Source of the DNA: an uncultured Gemmatimonadales bacterium
GTDB lineage: Bacteria > Gemmatimonadota > Gemmatimonadetes > Longimicrobiales > Gaopeijiaceae
DNA length: 64,000 bases
NCBI GenBank assembly: GCA_963823035.1
Contig: CAWGKG010000011.1
Span: forward strand, 32,001-96,000
Direction: 5' to 3'
Under the pieces are notes generated by a model that did no database searches, had not been told where the DNA came from, and saw nothing but the letters and a program-made list of their open reading frames with translations. This document shows positions 40,162 through 53,453 of the stretch, in pieces (the stretch's first letter is position 1; every line of letters starts with the position of its first letter). The position numbers were made by a program, and so were the translations under genes.

Positions 40162-41481
40162 GTGAACCGCAACCGACCGGCCTCGTTGCTGGCCTTCGTC
40201 GTGCTCGGAAGCCTCGCCTGCAGCGAGATCGTGCCCACGGGCGTCGACGAGAGCGTGCTCCCCGAGGAGCCCGTCACCGTGGAGGTGCGGCTGCCCTGGG
40301 ACCAGTTCGCGGCGAACCTCGCCGTGTTCGGCGGCTTCGGGTCGACGGACGACCTCGGGCTCGGCATCGTGAGCCATGCCTACGGGGACTCCCTGGAGGC
40401 CCACACCCTCGTCCGCCTCCTCACGGTCCCGAAGAGCGCGAGCGTCCGCGACACGGCGGGAACCCAACGCACCGACACCCTCCTCCAGGTCCTGCGCGGG
40501 CGCATCATCGCCGTGGTGGACTCGGTGGGGACGGTCACCGACGGACCGGTGAGCCTCCAGGTCGGCATGTTCCACCAGGCCTGGGACGCCCCCAGCGCCA
40601 CCTGGGACCTCGCGGTGGACAGCATCGGAGAGGAGACCCCATGGGAGACGCCGGGCGCCGGACCGATCACCGACGTCCTCACCACTGAGTGGGATCCGAC
40701 GGTGGGTGACTCCGCCGTCTTCGAGCTCGACTCCGCACAGGTGGCGACCTGGTCCGCGGCGCTGTCGGATACCTCCTCGGACAAGGGACTGCGACTGGCC
40801 GCCCTCTCCCAGGGCGTCCGCCTCGAGGTGACGAACGTCCTCATGCAGGTGGACACGAAGCCGTCGCTCAACCCGGACACGACCGTGACCCTGGTCGCGA
40901 ACCGCCAGGAGATGACGTTCGTGTACACCCCCGCGGTGCCGCCGCCGGACGACGAGCTCCGCGTCGGCGGAACGCCGTCGTGGCGGACGGTCCTCGACCT
41001 GAGCATCCCGCACACGCTCAGCGAGCCCGCCGCGCTGTGCGCCGTGGTCACCTGTCCGATGGACCTGACCGCCGGTCGCCTCAGCTACGCGGCCATCGTC
41101 CTGCGCACCCGACGAACGGCGCCGTCCTTCGCGCCGTCGGACACGGTCAACCTCGACGTGCGCCCGGTGTTCGACCGCTCGACGCTTCCCAAGACGCCGC
41201 TGGGCAACTCGCTCTTCACGGCGAGCGTGGGGAAGCGGCTGGGCCCCGAGCTCTTCACGTCCGAGACCGAGACCGAGGTCGAGATCCCGATCACCTCGTT
41301 CGTGCGCACGCTGCTCCAGCCCGATTCCACCTCGGCGATCCCGCCGCCACACACGCTCGCGCTCCTGTCCACCTTCGAGCCGGTATCCATCGCCTTCGCC
41401 GCCTTCTACGGACCGGCGACGCTGCAGGCCCCGGTTCTCAAGCTCGTGATCACGGCCGGGCGGTCGGTGGAGCTCCCATGA
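40162..41481 (+). CDS. Uncharacterised beta-rich lipoprotein
   Basis: Lipobox SLAC after a hydrophobic signal; W-x5-TW...W-x2-PG motif; genome-like codon use. Confidence 0.75.
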   Translation: MNRNRPASLLAFVVLGSLACSEIVPTGVDESVLPEEPVTVEVRLPWDQFAANLAVFGGFGSTDDLGLGIVSHAYGDSLEAHTLVRLLTVPKSASVRDTAGTQRTDTLLQVLRGRIIAVVDSVGTVTDGPVSLQVGMFHQAWDAPSATWDLAVDSIGEETPWETPGAGPITDVLTTEWDPTVGDSAVFELDSAQVATWSAALSDTSSDKGLRLAALSQGVRLEVTNVLMQVDTKPSLNPDTTVTLVANRQEMTFVYTPAVPPPDDELRVGGTPSWRTVLDLSIPHTLSEPAALCAVVTCPMDLTAGRLSYAAIVLRTRRTAPSFAPSDTVNLDVRPVFDRSTLPKTPLGNSLFTASVGKRLGPELFTSETETEVEIPITSFVRTLLQPDSTSAIPPPHTLALLSTFEPVSIAFAAFYGPATLQAPVLKLVITAGRSVELP

Positions 41482-42660
41482 TGAGACGTCTGCTTTCGGC
41501 CCTCGCCTTCCTCGCGCTCGTCGCGCCCGCCTCGCTCACGGCGCAGTCGCTCCTGAACGCCGCCGGGCTCGGCCTTCCTTCCGACCCCCTGGACGCGCGC
41601 ACGCGTGCGCTGGGCGGGGTGGGCCTGGGGCTGCAGGGCGCGGCGCTCCTGAGCACGGATCCCGCGGCGTCGGCGGGCTTCGTGCTCCCGTCGGTGATGA
41701 TCACGGCGCAGCCCTCCTGGGTGGACGTCGGGACCACGCGGCACGGGAACGCCGGGGACCTTCCGCGGCACGCGCTTTCCGAGCCTCGGCATCGCCTACC
41801 CCACGCCGAAGGTGGGCGTGGTGACGCTGAGCTTCGAGTCGGTCTTCGACCAGCGCTACGAGGCCGACCGGGACGTGAGCCTGGACCTCGGCGCCGGGGC
41901 CGTGACGGCCACGGACCACTTCACCTCTACGGGCGGCGTGTCGCAGGTACGGCTCGGCGCCTCGCGCGTGCTGGGGCGCAGGATCGCCGTCGGCCTCTCG
42001 GCCGGCCGGTACACGGGGTCGGTCGTGCGCCGCCTGGTGCGGGATTTCCCGGACGACCAGACGGCCGAGCCGGTGGAGTCCTACCAGATCGGCGGTCTGT
42101 GGACGTATTCGGGGACCTCCGTCACCGGCGGGGCCTCCTTGTCGATCGGCAGCTTCGCCCAGGTGGCGGGGAGCTTCACCTGGTCGTCGAGGCTCGACGC
42201 CTCCCCTTCGGACGACACCGAGGGCGCGGCCGGCTCCTTCGACCTCCCGCTCCAGCTCCGTCTCGGTGCCACCGCCGTCCTCGCGCCGGGGCTCGCCGTG
42301 TCAGGCGGCTTCACCTCGGCGGACTGGTCCGGGATCGACAACGACCTCGCCGAAGGCGCCTCGGTCGGGAGCACCACCTCGTACGGCGTCGGCGTGGAGC
42401 TCGCCCGCGCCCGCCTCCTGGGGCGGAGCGCGCCGCTGCGCTTCGGCTACCGGAAGCGGGACCTCCCCTTCGTGCTCAACGGGGGCGGCAACCCCAGCGA
42501 GAGCGTGTGGGCCGGCGGCCTGGGCCTGCACCTGAGCCAGGCGGGGAACTTCGTGCGGGCCGCCGTGGACCTGGCGGTGGAGCATGGCACGCGCGGGGAC
42601 GCGCTCATCTCCGAGTCGTTCTGGCGCGGGACCGTGTCCGTCCGCGTGTCGGGCTTCTAG
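41478..42660 (+). CDS. Outer-membrane beta-barrel (FadL/PorV-like), apparent +1 frameshift at ~41740
   Basis: Signal ending LTAQ; ARTRALGG...DPAA N-terminal motif; amphipathic strands; terminal Phe. Confidence 0.75.
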
Positions 42661-42690
42661 TCGCGATGCGCTGCTAGCAGCCTGCGCACC

Positions 42691-43987
42691 GTGCGGGTCT
42701 ACTTCCACACGTTCGGCTGCAAGGCCAACCAGTACGACACCGAGCGCATGCGTCAGGAGTCGGAGGCCCGCGGCGCCGCGCACGGTCGACTCGTGGGCCG
42801 ACGCGGACGTGTGCGTGGTCAACACCTGCACGGTCACCAACCAGGCGGACGCCGAGGCGCGTCGCTTCGTCCGCCGGGTCGGGAGGGAGAACCCCGGGAT
42901 GCGCGTCGTGGTCGCCGGCTGCTCCGCCGCGCTGCGCGCGGCGGACTACCGGGCGATGGACGAGGTGACCGGCGTCGTGGCGGGACACGATCCGGTGGCC
43001 GTCGCGGGCGCGCTGTGGACGGCCGCTCCGGTGCAGATCGAGCTGCGTGTCCCCCTCGACCGCATGGACACGGAGCCCGTCGGCGGGGAGCTGCTACGCC
43101 GCCGCGCCGGCGCGACGCGCGGGTGGCTCAAGGTCCAGGACGGCTGCGACCGGAAGTGCTCCTTCTGCGCGACCCGCCTGGCGCGCGGCGCGTCGCGCTC
43201 GAGGCCGCCGGAGGCGGTGGTCGCCGAGGCCCGCATGCTCGCTGCGCGTCCATCCGGAGCTGGTCGTGACCGGGATCCACATCGGCCACTACGGCCACGA
43301 CCTGGATCCGCCGTGGACGCTCGCGCGGCTGGTGGCGCTCCTTCTGGAGCGGGTGCCGGACGTCCGCCTTCGCCTCGGCAGCGTCGAGGCCACCGAGGTG
43401 GACGACGACCTCCTGGGCCTCCTGGCGGAATCCGGCGGGCGCCTGGCACCGCATCTGCACATGCCCCTGCAGAGCGGGGCCGATGCGGTGCTGCGCCGCA
43501 TGCGCCGTTGGCACACGCGCGAGCAGTATCGACGGCGCGCGTGGCAGATCGCCGAGCGCGTCGGCGACCTGGGGCTGGGCGCCGACGTGATCACGGGCTT
43601 CCCCGGCGAATCGGAGGCCGATCACGCGGATACGCTGCGCCTCGTCGACGAGCTTCCCTTCACCTATCTTCACGTCTTCCCCTACTCGCAGCGCGAGGGT
43701 ACGGCGGCCGTGGAGCTCTCCGATCCCGTGCCGCAGCGGGTGGCGGGGGAGCGCAGCCTGGAGCTGCGCACGCTCGCCCTCGAGAAGGGTCGGGCCTACC
43801 GCGGCCGACGCCTGGGCGGGTCGGCGAGGGTGGTGCTGGAGGGAAGGGGCGGCACCGCGCTCACGGGTGACTACCTGCGCGTGGGCGCCCCCGACGCCCC
43901 CGACGCGCGCGGGCGAGTGCTCGAGGGTACCCTGCGGGGCACGGCGGACCATCTGTATATTGCTTGGCCCCCGACGAACCCTACGAT

Positions 43988-43991
<4 letters not shown>
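42691..43991 (+). CDS. mtaB: tRNA t6A37 methylthiotransferase MtaB-like, two apparent +1 frameshifts (~42780, ~43245)
   Basis: TFGCKANQYDTE, NTCTVT, KVQDGCDRKCSFC, LVVTGIHIGHYG and HVFPYS. Confidence 0.88.
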
Positions 43992-45390
<1,399 letters not shown>

Positions 45391-45394
<4 letters not shown>

Positions 45395-45705
45395 GCCGCC
45401 TCACGAGCGCGGCGGGGGTGGTGGCCGTGCTGGGCCTCTCCGTGGGCTTCGCCTCGCTCAACGGCGGCCAGCGCGTCACGCTGCGCCTCGGCGTCGCGAC
45501 CTTCTACGGTGTGCCGCTGACGGTCGTCGCCTTCGGGGGGATGGTCGTGGGCATGGTGATCATGCTCGGCGCCAGCATCCACTCCGACCTCAAGGTCCGC
45601 CGCATCCTGCGCGCCCGCCTCGCCGAGGAGGGCTTGCAGGAGAGCCAGCGGTTCGTGGACCAGAGCCAGCAGGACCTCTTCCCGGGAGAGCAGCGCAAGG
45701 AGTGA
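45391..45705 (+). CDS. LapA-family small membrane protein
   Basis: TM-FASLN-x3-VTLRL...VPL-TM-basic tail pattern. Confidence 0.7.
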
Positions 45706-45748
45706 TCGCCCCCTTTCCCCGGCGGGAGATGCCCCGACCCTGATCGGC

Positions 45749-47990
45749 GTGCTCCCTCCGGTGGCGCGCCTGGCGATCCTCTTCGCCGCGGGCGCCGCCT
45801 TCACCCCCCTCCTGGGGCGCCTCGCCCCCGCCGCCCTCCTCCTCCTCGCGCTCCCGCCCATCCGGGCATGGCTCCGTCCCGTCGCCATCCCCCGCGCCGC
45901 CCTCCTCGCCGCGCTCGTGGCCGGCGGCCTCTCCTCCGTGGCCGCCCGGGGGGCGGACTCGTGCGCGGGGCCGGGCCCCGCCGGCGGACGCATCCGGGTC
46001 GTGGGCCACTACCTCGCGCGGGCCGCGGATCGGCCCGGTCCCGTTCCAGGAAGCCGCGGGGCGGTGTCGGCGGACCCTGCGCGTGCTCCCCTCCGGCGAG
46101 GTGGACGCCGGCGTGGCCGTGCGCGTCACGGGCCGGTGGCGCGAGGGCCCGGGAGGCTGGATGGTCGTGGCGGACTCGGTGACGGCGGTCGCCGGCGCGC
46201 GGCCCTCGGCGTTCCGCGCGCTGGCGCGTTGGCGGGGCCGGCTCGTGCAGCGGCTGGAGGCGATGTACGGCCCGCGGGCGCCGCTGGTCGCGGCGCTGAC
46301 GCTCGCACGCAAGGAAGGCCTCGATCCGGAGCTGCGCGAGGCCTTCGCCCGCAGCGGGATCGCCCATCTCCTCGCCATCTCCGGGTTCCACGTGGGCGTC
46401 GTGGCGCTCCTCCTGCTGACGCTCCTGCGCGTCGGCGCGTGTGCCCCGGAGGGGCGCCGCGCTCGGGGCGGCGGTCGGGACGTGGGCCTACGTGGCCGTC
46501 CTGGGCTTCCCGGACGCGGCGTGCCGGGCGGCGGTGATCGTGACCGCCGTCGCGGCGTCCCGAGCTGCGGGGCCGGCCGCCCGCACGCTGGGGTCCCCTC
46601 GGCGCGGCGCTCCTGGTGCTCCTCGCGCTCGATCCCCGCCGCATCGCCTCGCCGGGCTTCCAGCTCTCCTTCGCGGGTGCCGCGGGACTGGCCGCCGGGA
46701 CGTCCGGCCTCGAGGCGAGGCTGAAGCGGTGGGCGCCGCGCCTCCCGGCCGGCGTGGCCTCGGCCGTCGCGGCCGGCGTCGCCGCGACGCTGGCGACACT
46801 CCCGGTGGTCGCATGGCACTTCGAGCGCGTCTCGCTGGTCGGGATCCCGGCCACCCTGGTCGCGTCGCCCCTGGTCGCGCTGACGCTCCCGGGAGCCCTC
46901 GCCTCGCTCCTCGCGGACGCGGTCCACCCCGCCGCCGGCCGCTTCCTCGCGGGCGGCGTCGATCTCGGCCTCGTGGCCCTCGAGGCCATGACCCGGCTCT
47001 TCGCGGCACCGCCGTGGGCCAGCCTGTGGGTGCCGCGCAGCTGGATCCCTCTCGCCGCGGGCGGCGCGGCCCTCACGGCCCTGCTGGTGCGGGCGCCCGC
47101 GATCCGGGCCCGCACGCGGCGCTGGGTGGCCGCGCTCGGGGCGGCCGCCGCGATCACGGCCTGGCCGGCGCTGCTCGCGCTCCAGGCGCGAGGGACGCTC
47201 GAGGTGCTGGCCATCGACGTGGGGCAGGGTGACGCGATCGCGCTCCGGACGCCCGGGGGACGGTGGATCCTCGTCGACGCCGGTCCGCCTCGCCCGGGAG
47301 ACCCGGGCGGCGCACCCGTGGTGCGGGAGCTGCGCCGCCGCGGCGTCCATCGCCTCGAGCTCCTGGTGTTGACGCACCCCGACCTGGACCACGTCGGGGG
47401 GGCGGAGGCCGTGTTGTCGTCGTTCGAGGTGGGCGCCGTGCTCGAGCCGTCGCGACCCACGGGGAAGGACGCCTACGTCTCCCTCCTGGGGGCCGCGGCC
47501 GCGCGGGGCGTTCCCTGGAAGCGCGCCGAGGCCGGGCAGCGCTTCGCCCTGGACGGGGTGACGCTCGAGGTGCTCAGCCCTCCCGGGCCGGACGCCCCCC
47601 GGGCGGAGGACGCCACGGAGTCGAACGCGGTCTCCGTGGTCCTCGCGGTCCGCTACGGGGCGCTGGACGCTCTGCTCACGGGCGACGCTCCGAAGTCGGT
47701 GGAACGCAGGGTGGCGGCGGCCGTGGGGTCGACGCTGGAGATCCTCAAGGTGGGCCACCACGGGAGCGCGACCTCGACCGATACGATCCTGCTGGCGAAG
47801 GCCCATCCGCGCGTCGCGCTGGTGTCGGTCGGGAAGGGCAACCGGTTCGGGCACCCGGCGCCCGGCGTCCTCGCGGCGCTGCGAGCGGTTCGGCGTCGAG
47901 ATCCACCGCACGGACCGCGAGGGGACGCTCCGCGTGCTCGGGCGCCGCGACGGCTCCTTCTCCGTGGTGGGCGCGCACGCTCCCCGATGA
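45749..47990 (+). CDS. comEC: Competence protein ComEC/Rec2, four apparent +1 frameshifts
   Basis: GIAHLLAISGFHV, GFQLSF, DVGQGDA, THPDLDHVGG, KVGHHGS, NRFGHP and HRTD, spread across five frame segments. Confidence 0.9.
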
Positions 47991-48009
47991 GCCCCGCGCC
48001 CCGGGGTCG

Positions 48010-48039
48010 TTGACCCTCGGGACCCCCGGAGCCTAAGCT
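48010..48039 (+). promoter_or_regulatory. Candidate sigma70 promoter of fbp
   Basis: TTGACC N18 TAAGCT in the intergenic gap. Confidence 0.5.
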
Positions 48040-48076
48040 CGTCCCGTTCCCAACCGACGCCCGTTCCCCACGAGCC

Positions 48077-49078
48077 ATGCCCGACACCCACGTCGTCACG
48101 ATCTCACGCTTCCTGATCGAACAGGAGCGCAACTACCCCGAGGCCACCGGCGCCTTCACCAACATCCTCTACGACATCGCCCTCGCGGCCAAGATCATCT
48201 CCCGCGAGGTGAACAAGGCCGGTCTGGTGGACATCCTCGGGCGAACGGGCGACGAGAACGTCCACGGCGAGCAGGTGCAGAAGCTCGACCTCTTCGCGAA
48301 CGACGTGCTGTACAGGGCGCTCGACCACACGGGGCACATCGCCGTGCTGGCCTCCGAGGAGAGCGAGGACCCCATCCCGATCCCCGAGCGCTTTCCGGCC
48401 GGGGACTACGTCGTGCTCTTCGATCCCCTGGACGGCTCTTCGAACATCGACGTGAACGTATCCATCGGCACGATCTTCTCCATCCACCGCAAGATCTCGA
48501 AGGGCGAGCGGGGCACGCTGGAGGACTGTCTCCAGCCGGGCTCCCGCCAACTCGCGGCCGGCTACGTCGTCTACGGCTCCTCCACGATGCTCGTGTACAC
48601 GACCGGGGCCGGCGTCCACGGCTTCACCCTCGATCCGTCCATCGGGGAGTTCCTCCTCAGCCACCCCGACCTCCGCATCCCCGAGCCCCCGGCGAAGACG
48701 TATTCGATCAACGAGGCCTACTACGACCGCTGGTCTCCGGGGCAGCAACGCCTGGTGAGCCACATGAAGAGGGAAGGGGGCTTCGGATCCCGCTACATCG
48801 GCTCGCTCGTGGCCGACATCCACCGAACGCTGCTCCAGGGTGGCCTGTTCATGTATCCGGCCGACAGCAAGAGCCCCCGTGGCAAGCTCCGCCTCCTCTA
48901 CGAGGCGGCCCCGATGGCCATGGTCGTGGAGCAGGCGGGCGGGCGGGCGAGCGACGGTCGGCGCCCCCTCATGGACGTCCAGCCGGAGAGCCTGCACGAG
49001 CGGACGCCGGTGTACGTCGGCTCCGCCCCCTTCGTGGAGATGGCCGAGCGTTTCCTCGCCGAGGACTCGGAAATCTGA
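48077..49078 (+). CDS. fbp: Class 1 fructose-1,6-bisphosphatase
   Basis: [34 protein letters not shown] and GKLRLLYE. Confidence 0.97.
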   Translation: MPDTHVVTISRFLIEQERNYPEATGAFTNILYDIALAAKIISREVNKAGLVDILGRTGDENVHGEQVQKLDLFANDVLYRALDHTGHIAVLASEESEDPIPIPERFPAGDYVVLFDPLDGSSNIDVNVSIGTIFSIHRKISKGERGTLEDCLQPGSRQLAAGYVVYGSSTMLVYTTGAGVHGFTLDPSIGEFLLSHPDLRIPEPPAKTYSINEAYYDRWSPGQQRLVSHMKREGGFGSRYIGSLVADIHRTLLQGGLFMYPADSKSPRGKLRLLYEAAPMAMVVEQAGGRASDGRRPLMDVQPESLHERTPVYVGSAPFVEMAERFLAEDSEI

Positions 49079-49123
49079 GGGTCTTCGGTTTTCCGAGGGT
49101 TCAACTCGCTCGGGCTACGATTC

Positions 49124-49148
49124 TAACTGGTTGTCAAATAGTAACTTA
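49124..49148. promoter_or_regulatory. IHF-like binding site
   Basis: AT-rich TAACTGGTTGTCAAATAGTAACTTA, partial match to TAAnnnnTTGATW, ~15 bp upstream of the sigma54 motif. Confidence 0.45.
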
Positions 49149-49162
49149 CAGATCTCCTGTGC

Positions 49163-49179
49163 CTGGCATCGAACTTGCG
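49163..49179 (+). promoter_or_regulatory. Sigma54 (-24/-12) promoter
   Basis: CTGGCATCGAACTTGCG versus consensus YTGGCACGrnnnTTGCW, with exact GG-N10-GC spacing. Confidence 0.75.
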
Positions 49180-49251
49180 TGCTCAGGTTCTCGGTTCGTT
49201 ATGCCCCGAAAGTGGGGGGGCAGCCATCCACTATTCATGGGACAAGGTGAC

Positions 49252-52200
49252 ATGAAGCGATTCAAGTATCTGGCCCTGGCGACGCTTGTCGGCGCCTGGG
49301 CCTGCTCCTCGGACGCACCCGTCGTGCCGCCGGTAACCGGCACGATCTCGGGTACGGTGACGATCGAGGGCAGCGGCGCTTCCGGAATCACCGTATCGCT
49401 TTCGTCGGGCGCTTCGGCGACGACGGACGGCTCGGGCGCGTACTCGTTCGCGAGCGTGCCGGGCGGCGCATACACGGTGACGATCAGCGACTTCCCGTCG
49501 GACGTGACGTTCTCGTCGACGTCCAAGGCGGCCGCGATCCAGACGACGGGACAGACGGTGCCGGTGGACTTCAGCGGCTCCTACATCCGGACGTCGTCGA
49601 TCGTGGGTACGGTCGCGGCGGGCGGCACCGGCCTCGCCGGTGTGTCGGTTGCTGCGACGGGCCCCAGCGGGGCGCAGAACAAGGTCACGGACGCGAACGG
49701 CAACTACGCGATGACGGGCCTGCGCGCCGGTGACTACACGATCGAGATCTCGGACATCCCGAGCGGCTACACCTTCGCGACGACGTCGAAGACGGTGTCG
49801 GTGGGCGTGGGCGCGACGGAGCAGGCGCAGTTCGCGGGCACGAAGGACCTGGCCGACGTGACGGCGTCGGTTCTGATCAAGAGCGTGACGAAGACGACCA
49901 CGGCGACGCCGGTGAACCCGTCGGCGGTGGTGGGTCAGATCGACGTGACGCTGGCGATCGAGCCGGGCACGAACCAGCTGAGCAAGGTGTGCGTGCTGCT
50001 GGACGGTGCCGAGGTTCCGAACGGCTGCCAGACGCTGAGCAGCGCGGTGGCGGGCGCCGAGGGCGGCCCGGAGGCGGCGGCGACGTTCGAGCCGGTGTTC
50101 ACGATCCTGACGAACGCGTTCGACGGGACGACGGGCGCGCCGATGTGGCTGGACGAGAACCACACGCTGTCGGCCGTGGTGGACCTGACGAACGCGGCGC
50201 AGTCGTCGGTGGAGACGAGCATGACGCTGACGTTCGCGAACCCGGACGAGGTGGTCGCGACGGTGGTTCCGGCGCAGACGGCCGTCGGTGGTGACGACGG
50301 CGCGGCGGCGGGCAAGCTGTGGTACGGCGGCGACATGATGGTGCACCTGGTGCCCGTGCTGTACTCGGGCAAGACGCTGTCGTCCGCGTCGGTGCAGTTC
50401 ACGGGGAACGCGACGTCGAAGACGGCGACGACGTTCCCGGGTGACGTGACGTTCAGCTCGGCCTGTGGCAGCACTCCGGGCCCGCTGTGCGGGTACCAGA
50501 GCGGAGCGATCGATGTCGACCAGTTCACGATCACGTCGGCGCTGTACGAGGGTGGTACGTCGGCGAGCGTGCTGGTGGGCACGGATGCGTCGGGACCGAA
50601 CGGGACGACGAGCAACATCGATGAAGTTGCGCCGGTTGCGACGGACCTGTACCTGACGGACCAGGTGAACGACTGGGAAGACGGAATCGCGTGCTGCGCG
50701 AACAACTGGGTCGGTGAGGACTACGCGTTCGAGGACGGCCTGGACGGCGATCCGTCGGATGCGGGCGTGGGCATCGGGACGACGGTGTTCTACGTGGGCG
50801 ATCCGTCGGACGACGATGACGAGATCGAGGCTGCGGGGAACATGGCCGAGACCGCGGGTGACGCGGGTCTGGACCTGAGCTTCACGAACGACGAGAACAC
50901 GGTGGTGGCGGTGTTCACCGACAAGGTGGGCAACAAGTCGTACCAGCGTCTGGAAGCGGACGGTGGGACGAACGACGCCGAGACGTTCGGGTTCGACAAC
51001 ACGATGCCGACGGGCTTCGCGGTGGCGACGGGTTCGGAGCCGAACCGGATCATCTACAACATCGCGAACACGGGTCCGGGCGACGATCTGGGCTTCAGCT
51101 CGACGGAGGATCGTGCGGGCTTCTCGAGCGTGCCGATCTCCGGTTATCTGGTGCGCTACACGGCGGACGACGACCCGTTCTACGCGATCGCGCAGGACGA
51201 CGAGGACGGCGGAGCGGTGAACCTGCCGTCGACGCTGCCGGCCTGCGGTGCGGCGACGGATCCGTCGAACGCGAACCTGTGCTACCCGGTCGCCAACGAC
51301 CTGACGAACGGTCTGTGGATGATCGACGCAGTGAGCCAGGACCAGGCGGGCAACCGCACGGCGACGAGCATCCAGCGTCAGGTCCTGATCGACGACGTGG
51401 CGCCTCTGACGCAGAACGTGGCGCTGCCGCCTCAGGTGGTGGCGGGCTCGGCGGTGACGTACAGCGCGCCGGTGACGGACAACCACGAGCTGTGGTCGGT
51501 CGCCTTCGGTACGGACTTCGAGACGGTGGCCGGCTCGACCATCGGCGACGATGTGTTCGTGCCGTTCGGCGAGAACGTGATGGTCGGCGACGGGGATCGT
51601 TGGGACACGAACTTCCCGACGAGCGCGTCGGCGGTGCTGACCCTGAGCAAGGCCGTGGTGGCGCGCGAGATGGCGCCGGGCGGCACGCCTACCGGTGACG
51701 TCGGACTGGCGACGAACGTGCGTGCGGTCACGACGGACGCAGCGGGCAACCAGTCGGCGCCGACGGGGAACAACTTCCTGGCGGGCACCGTGGATCCGGG
51801 CGGCGATTCGGACACCTACTCGGCCGAGACGACGAACTGGGCGATCAGCACGGACGACGACTACCTGCTGTGCAACGGGCAGGGCAGCACGGCCTGCGAC
51901 GATGACCCGGTCACGGGCACGCAGGTGACGTCGGTCGACTTCGACATCATCGCCGAGGGCGCGTCGGGCACGTACGCGAATCCCTTCGGGGCCGCGGGCG
52001 TGATCTACGTGTACGTGAACATCGACGGTGGTGACGCGACGTACTACACGGCGGACGAACACGTGGTACCTGCTGGGCAGCGTGACGGCCGCATCGGCCG
52101 CGCTGACCGACGACGGCACCACGCGGACGTACACGTGGACGTTCACGGTGAACTCCGCGGACGTGAGCGCGATCGGCGACGGCACGGACATCAACGTGGT

Positions 52201-52288
52201 CGCGATGGGTCTGAACGCCGCGACCGGCACGTTGCTGGTGGGCGAGCCGCAGGCTCAGACCATCACGGTGGAGAACGGCACCAACTGA
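49252..52288 (+). CDS. Large acidic Thr-rich surface lipoprotein (two carboxypeptidase-regulatory/SdrD-B-like domains plus Ig-like repeats), apparent +1 frameshift at ~52060
   Basis: MKRFKYLALATLVGAWAC lipobox; TTDGSGAYSF and VTDANGNYAM repeats; DKVGN, DQAGN and DAAGN motifs; C-terminus continues in frame 52028..52288. Confidence 0.85.
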
Positions 52289-52311
52289 GGGTGAAGTGAA
52301 GTAGCCGAACA

Positions 52312-52379
52312 CCCTGCTTCGGCAGGGGCAGCAAACGAGGCCCCCGTCCGGCGCTTGCCGGGCGGGGGCTCTCGCTTTT
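52312..52379 (+). terminator. UUCG hairpin followed by an intrinsic terminator
   Basis: CCCTGC-TTCG-GCAGGG (52312-52327); 13-bp stem GCCCCCGTCCGGC / GCCGGGCGGGGGC (52340-52369, one G-U pair), then CTTTT. Confidence 0.8.
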
Positions 52380-52430
52380 CCGGGGGCCTGCAACGGGGCC
52401 TCGGCGCGGGGAGAGGCACGGGCCTCAGGA

Positions 52431-53453
52431 TCAGGTCGTTGGGTCGACCTCGGCCACGAGGGCGGCCTTCTCGGCGCCCGGGAGCCAAGCGGCCTCGAAG
52501 CCCGCGCGCGCGACGGCCTTCAGCTCGTCCCACCCGAAGCCCAGATGGTCACGGGCGTGCGCGTACTCGGCCGTGAGGGTGGTGCCGGACATGAGGCGGT
52601 TGTCGGTGCACAGCACGACGGGGATACCCTCGTCGAAGTAGCGCCGCACCGGGTGCTGACCGTACGACGGAGACACGCCGGTCTGCACGTTGGAGGTGAT
52701 GCATACCTCGAGGGGGATGCCGCGCGTGCGCACGAGGGCCTCGAGCTCGGGGTCCTCGTACAGACGGGTGCCGTGGCCGATGCGGTCGGCCCGGGCCAGA
52801 TGGACGGCCTCGTGGATCGACGGCGAGCCGAAGCCCTCGCCCGCGTGCACCGTGACCGGGAGCCCCGCCGCGTGGGCCACCTCGAAGGCCGCCAGGTGCT
52901 CGCGCACGGGGTTGCCGGCCTCGGCCCCTGCCAGGTCGAAGGCCACCACGCCCCGCTCCCGGCAGGCAACGGCAAGCTCGGCCATCTCCACCGAGATGGT
53001 CGGCTCGAGGGTGCGCAGGGCACACACGATCACGCGCGACCGGATGCCGAAGTCCGCCTCGGCCCGGTCGTGCCCCGCGAGGACCGCGTCGACCGCCTCC
53101 TCCGGGCTCAACCCGCCCTCGGTGTTGAGCGCGGGGCAGAAGCGTACCTCCGCGTACCGCACGCCCTCCCGGGCGTGGTCCTCCGCGAGCTCGTAGGCGA
53201 TCCGCTCGAGCGCCTCGGAGTCCTGCATGACCGACAGCGTCAGGACGAAGCGGGCCAGGTACTCCTCGAGGCTGTGCGCGTCGTCCACGAGCATGTGGTG
53301 GGCGAGGCCCCGGGGATCGAGGCTCGGCAGGGGCACGCCACGCGCCCGTGCGAGGTCGATCATCGTCTCGGGGCGGAGGCTCCCGTCCAGGTGGACGTGC
53401 AGCTCCGCCTTGGGGAGCGCGCGGAGCCGTGCGTCCGACGGCGCCGTCAGCAA
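52431..53453 (-). CDS. add: Adenosine deaminase
   Basis: LPKAELHVHLDGS, FDLAGAE, TVHAGE, RIGHG and CTDN. Confidence 0.94.
   Translation of the reverse strand: MLTAPSDARLRALPKAELHVHLDGSLRPETMIDLARARGVPLPSLDPRGLAHHMLVDDAHSLEEYLARFVLTLSVMQDSEALERIAYELAEDHAREGVRYAEVRFCPALNTEGGLSPEEAVDAVLAGHDRAEADFGIRSRVIVCALRTLEPTISVEMAELAVACRERGVVAFDLAGAEAGNPVREHLAAFEVAHAAGLPVTVHAGEGFGSPSIHEAVHLARADRIGHGTRLYEDPELEALVRTRGIPLEVCITSNVQTGVSPSYGQHPVRRYFDEGIPVVLCTDNRLMSGTTLTAEYAHARDHLGFGWDELKAVARAGFEAAWLPGAEKAALVAEVDPTT

Noticed and set aside
49231..52230. 999-aa antisense ORF opposite the surface lipoprotein
   Set aside because: Arg/His-rich shadow ORF expected from strong codon bias in high-GC DNA; no motifs
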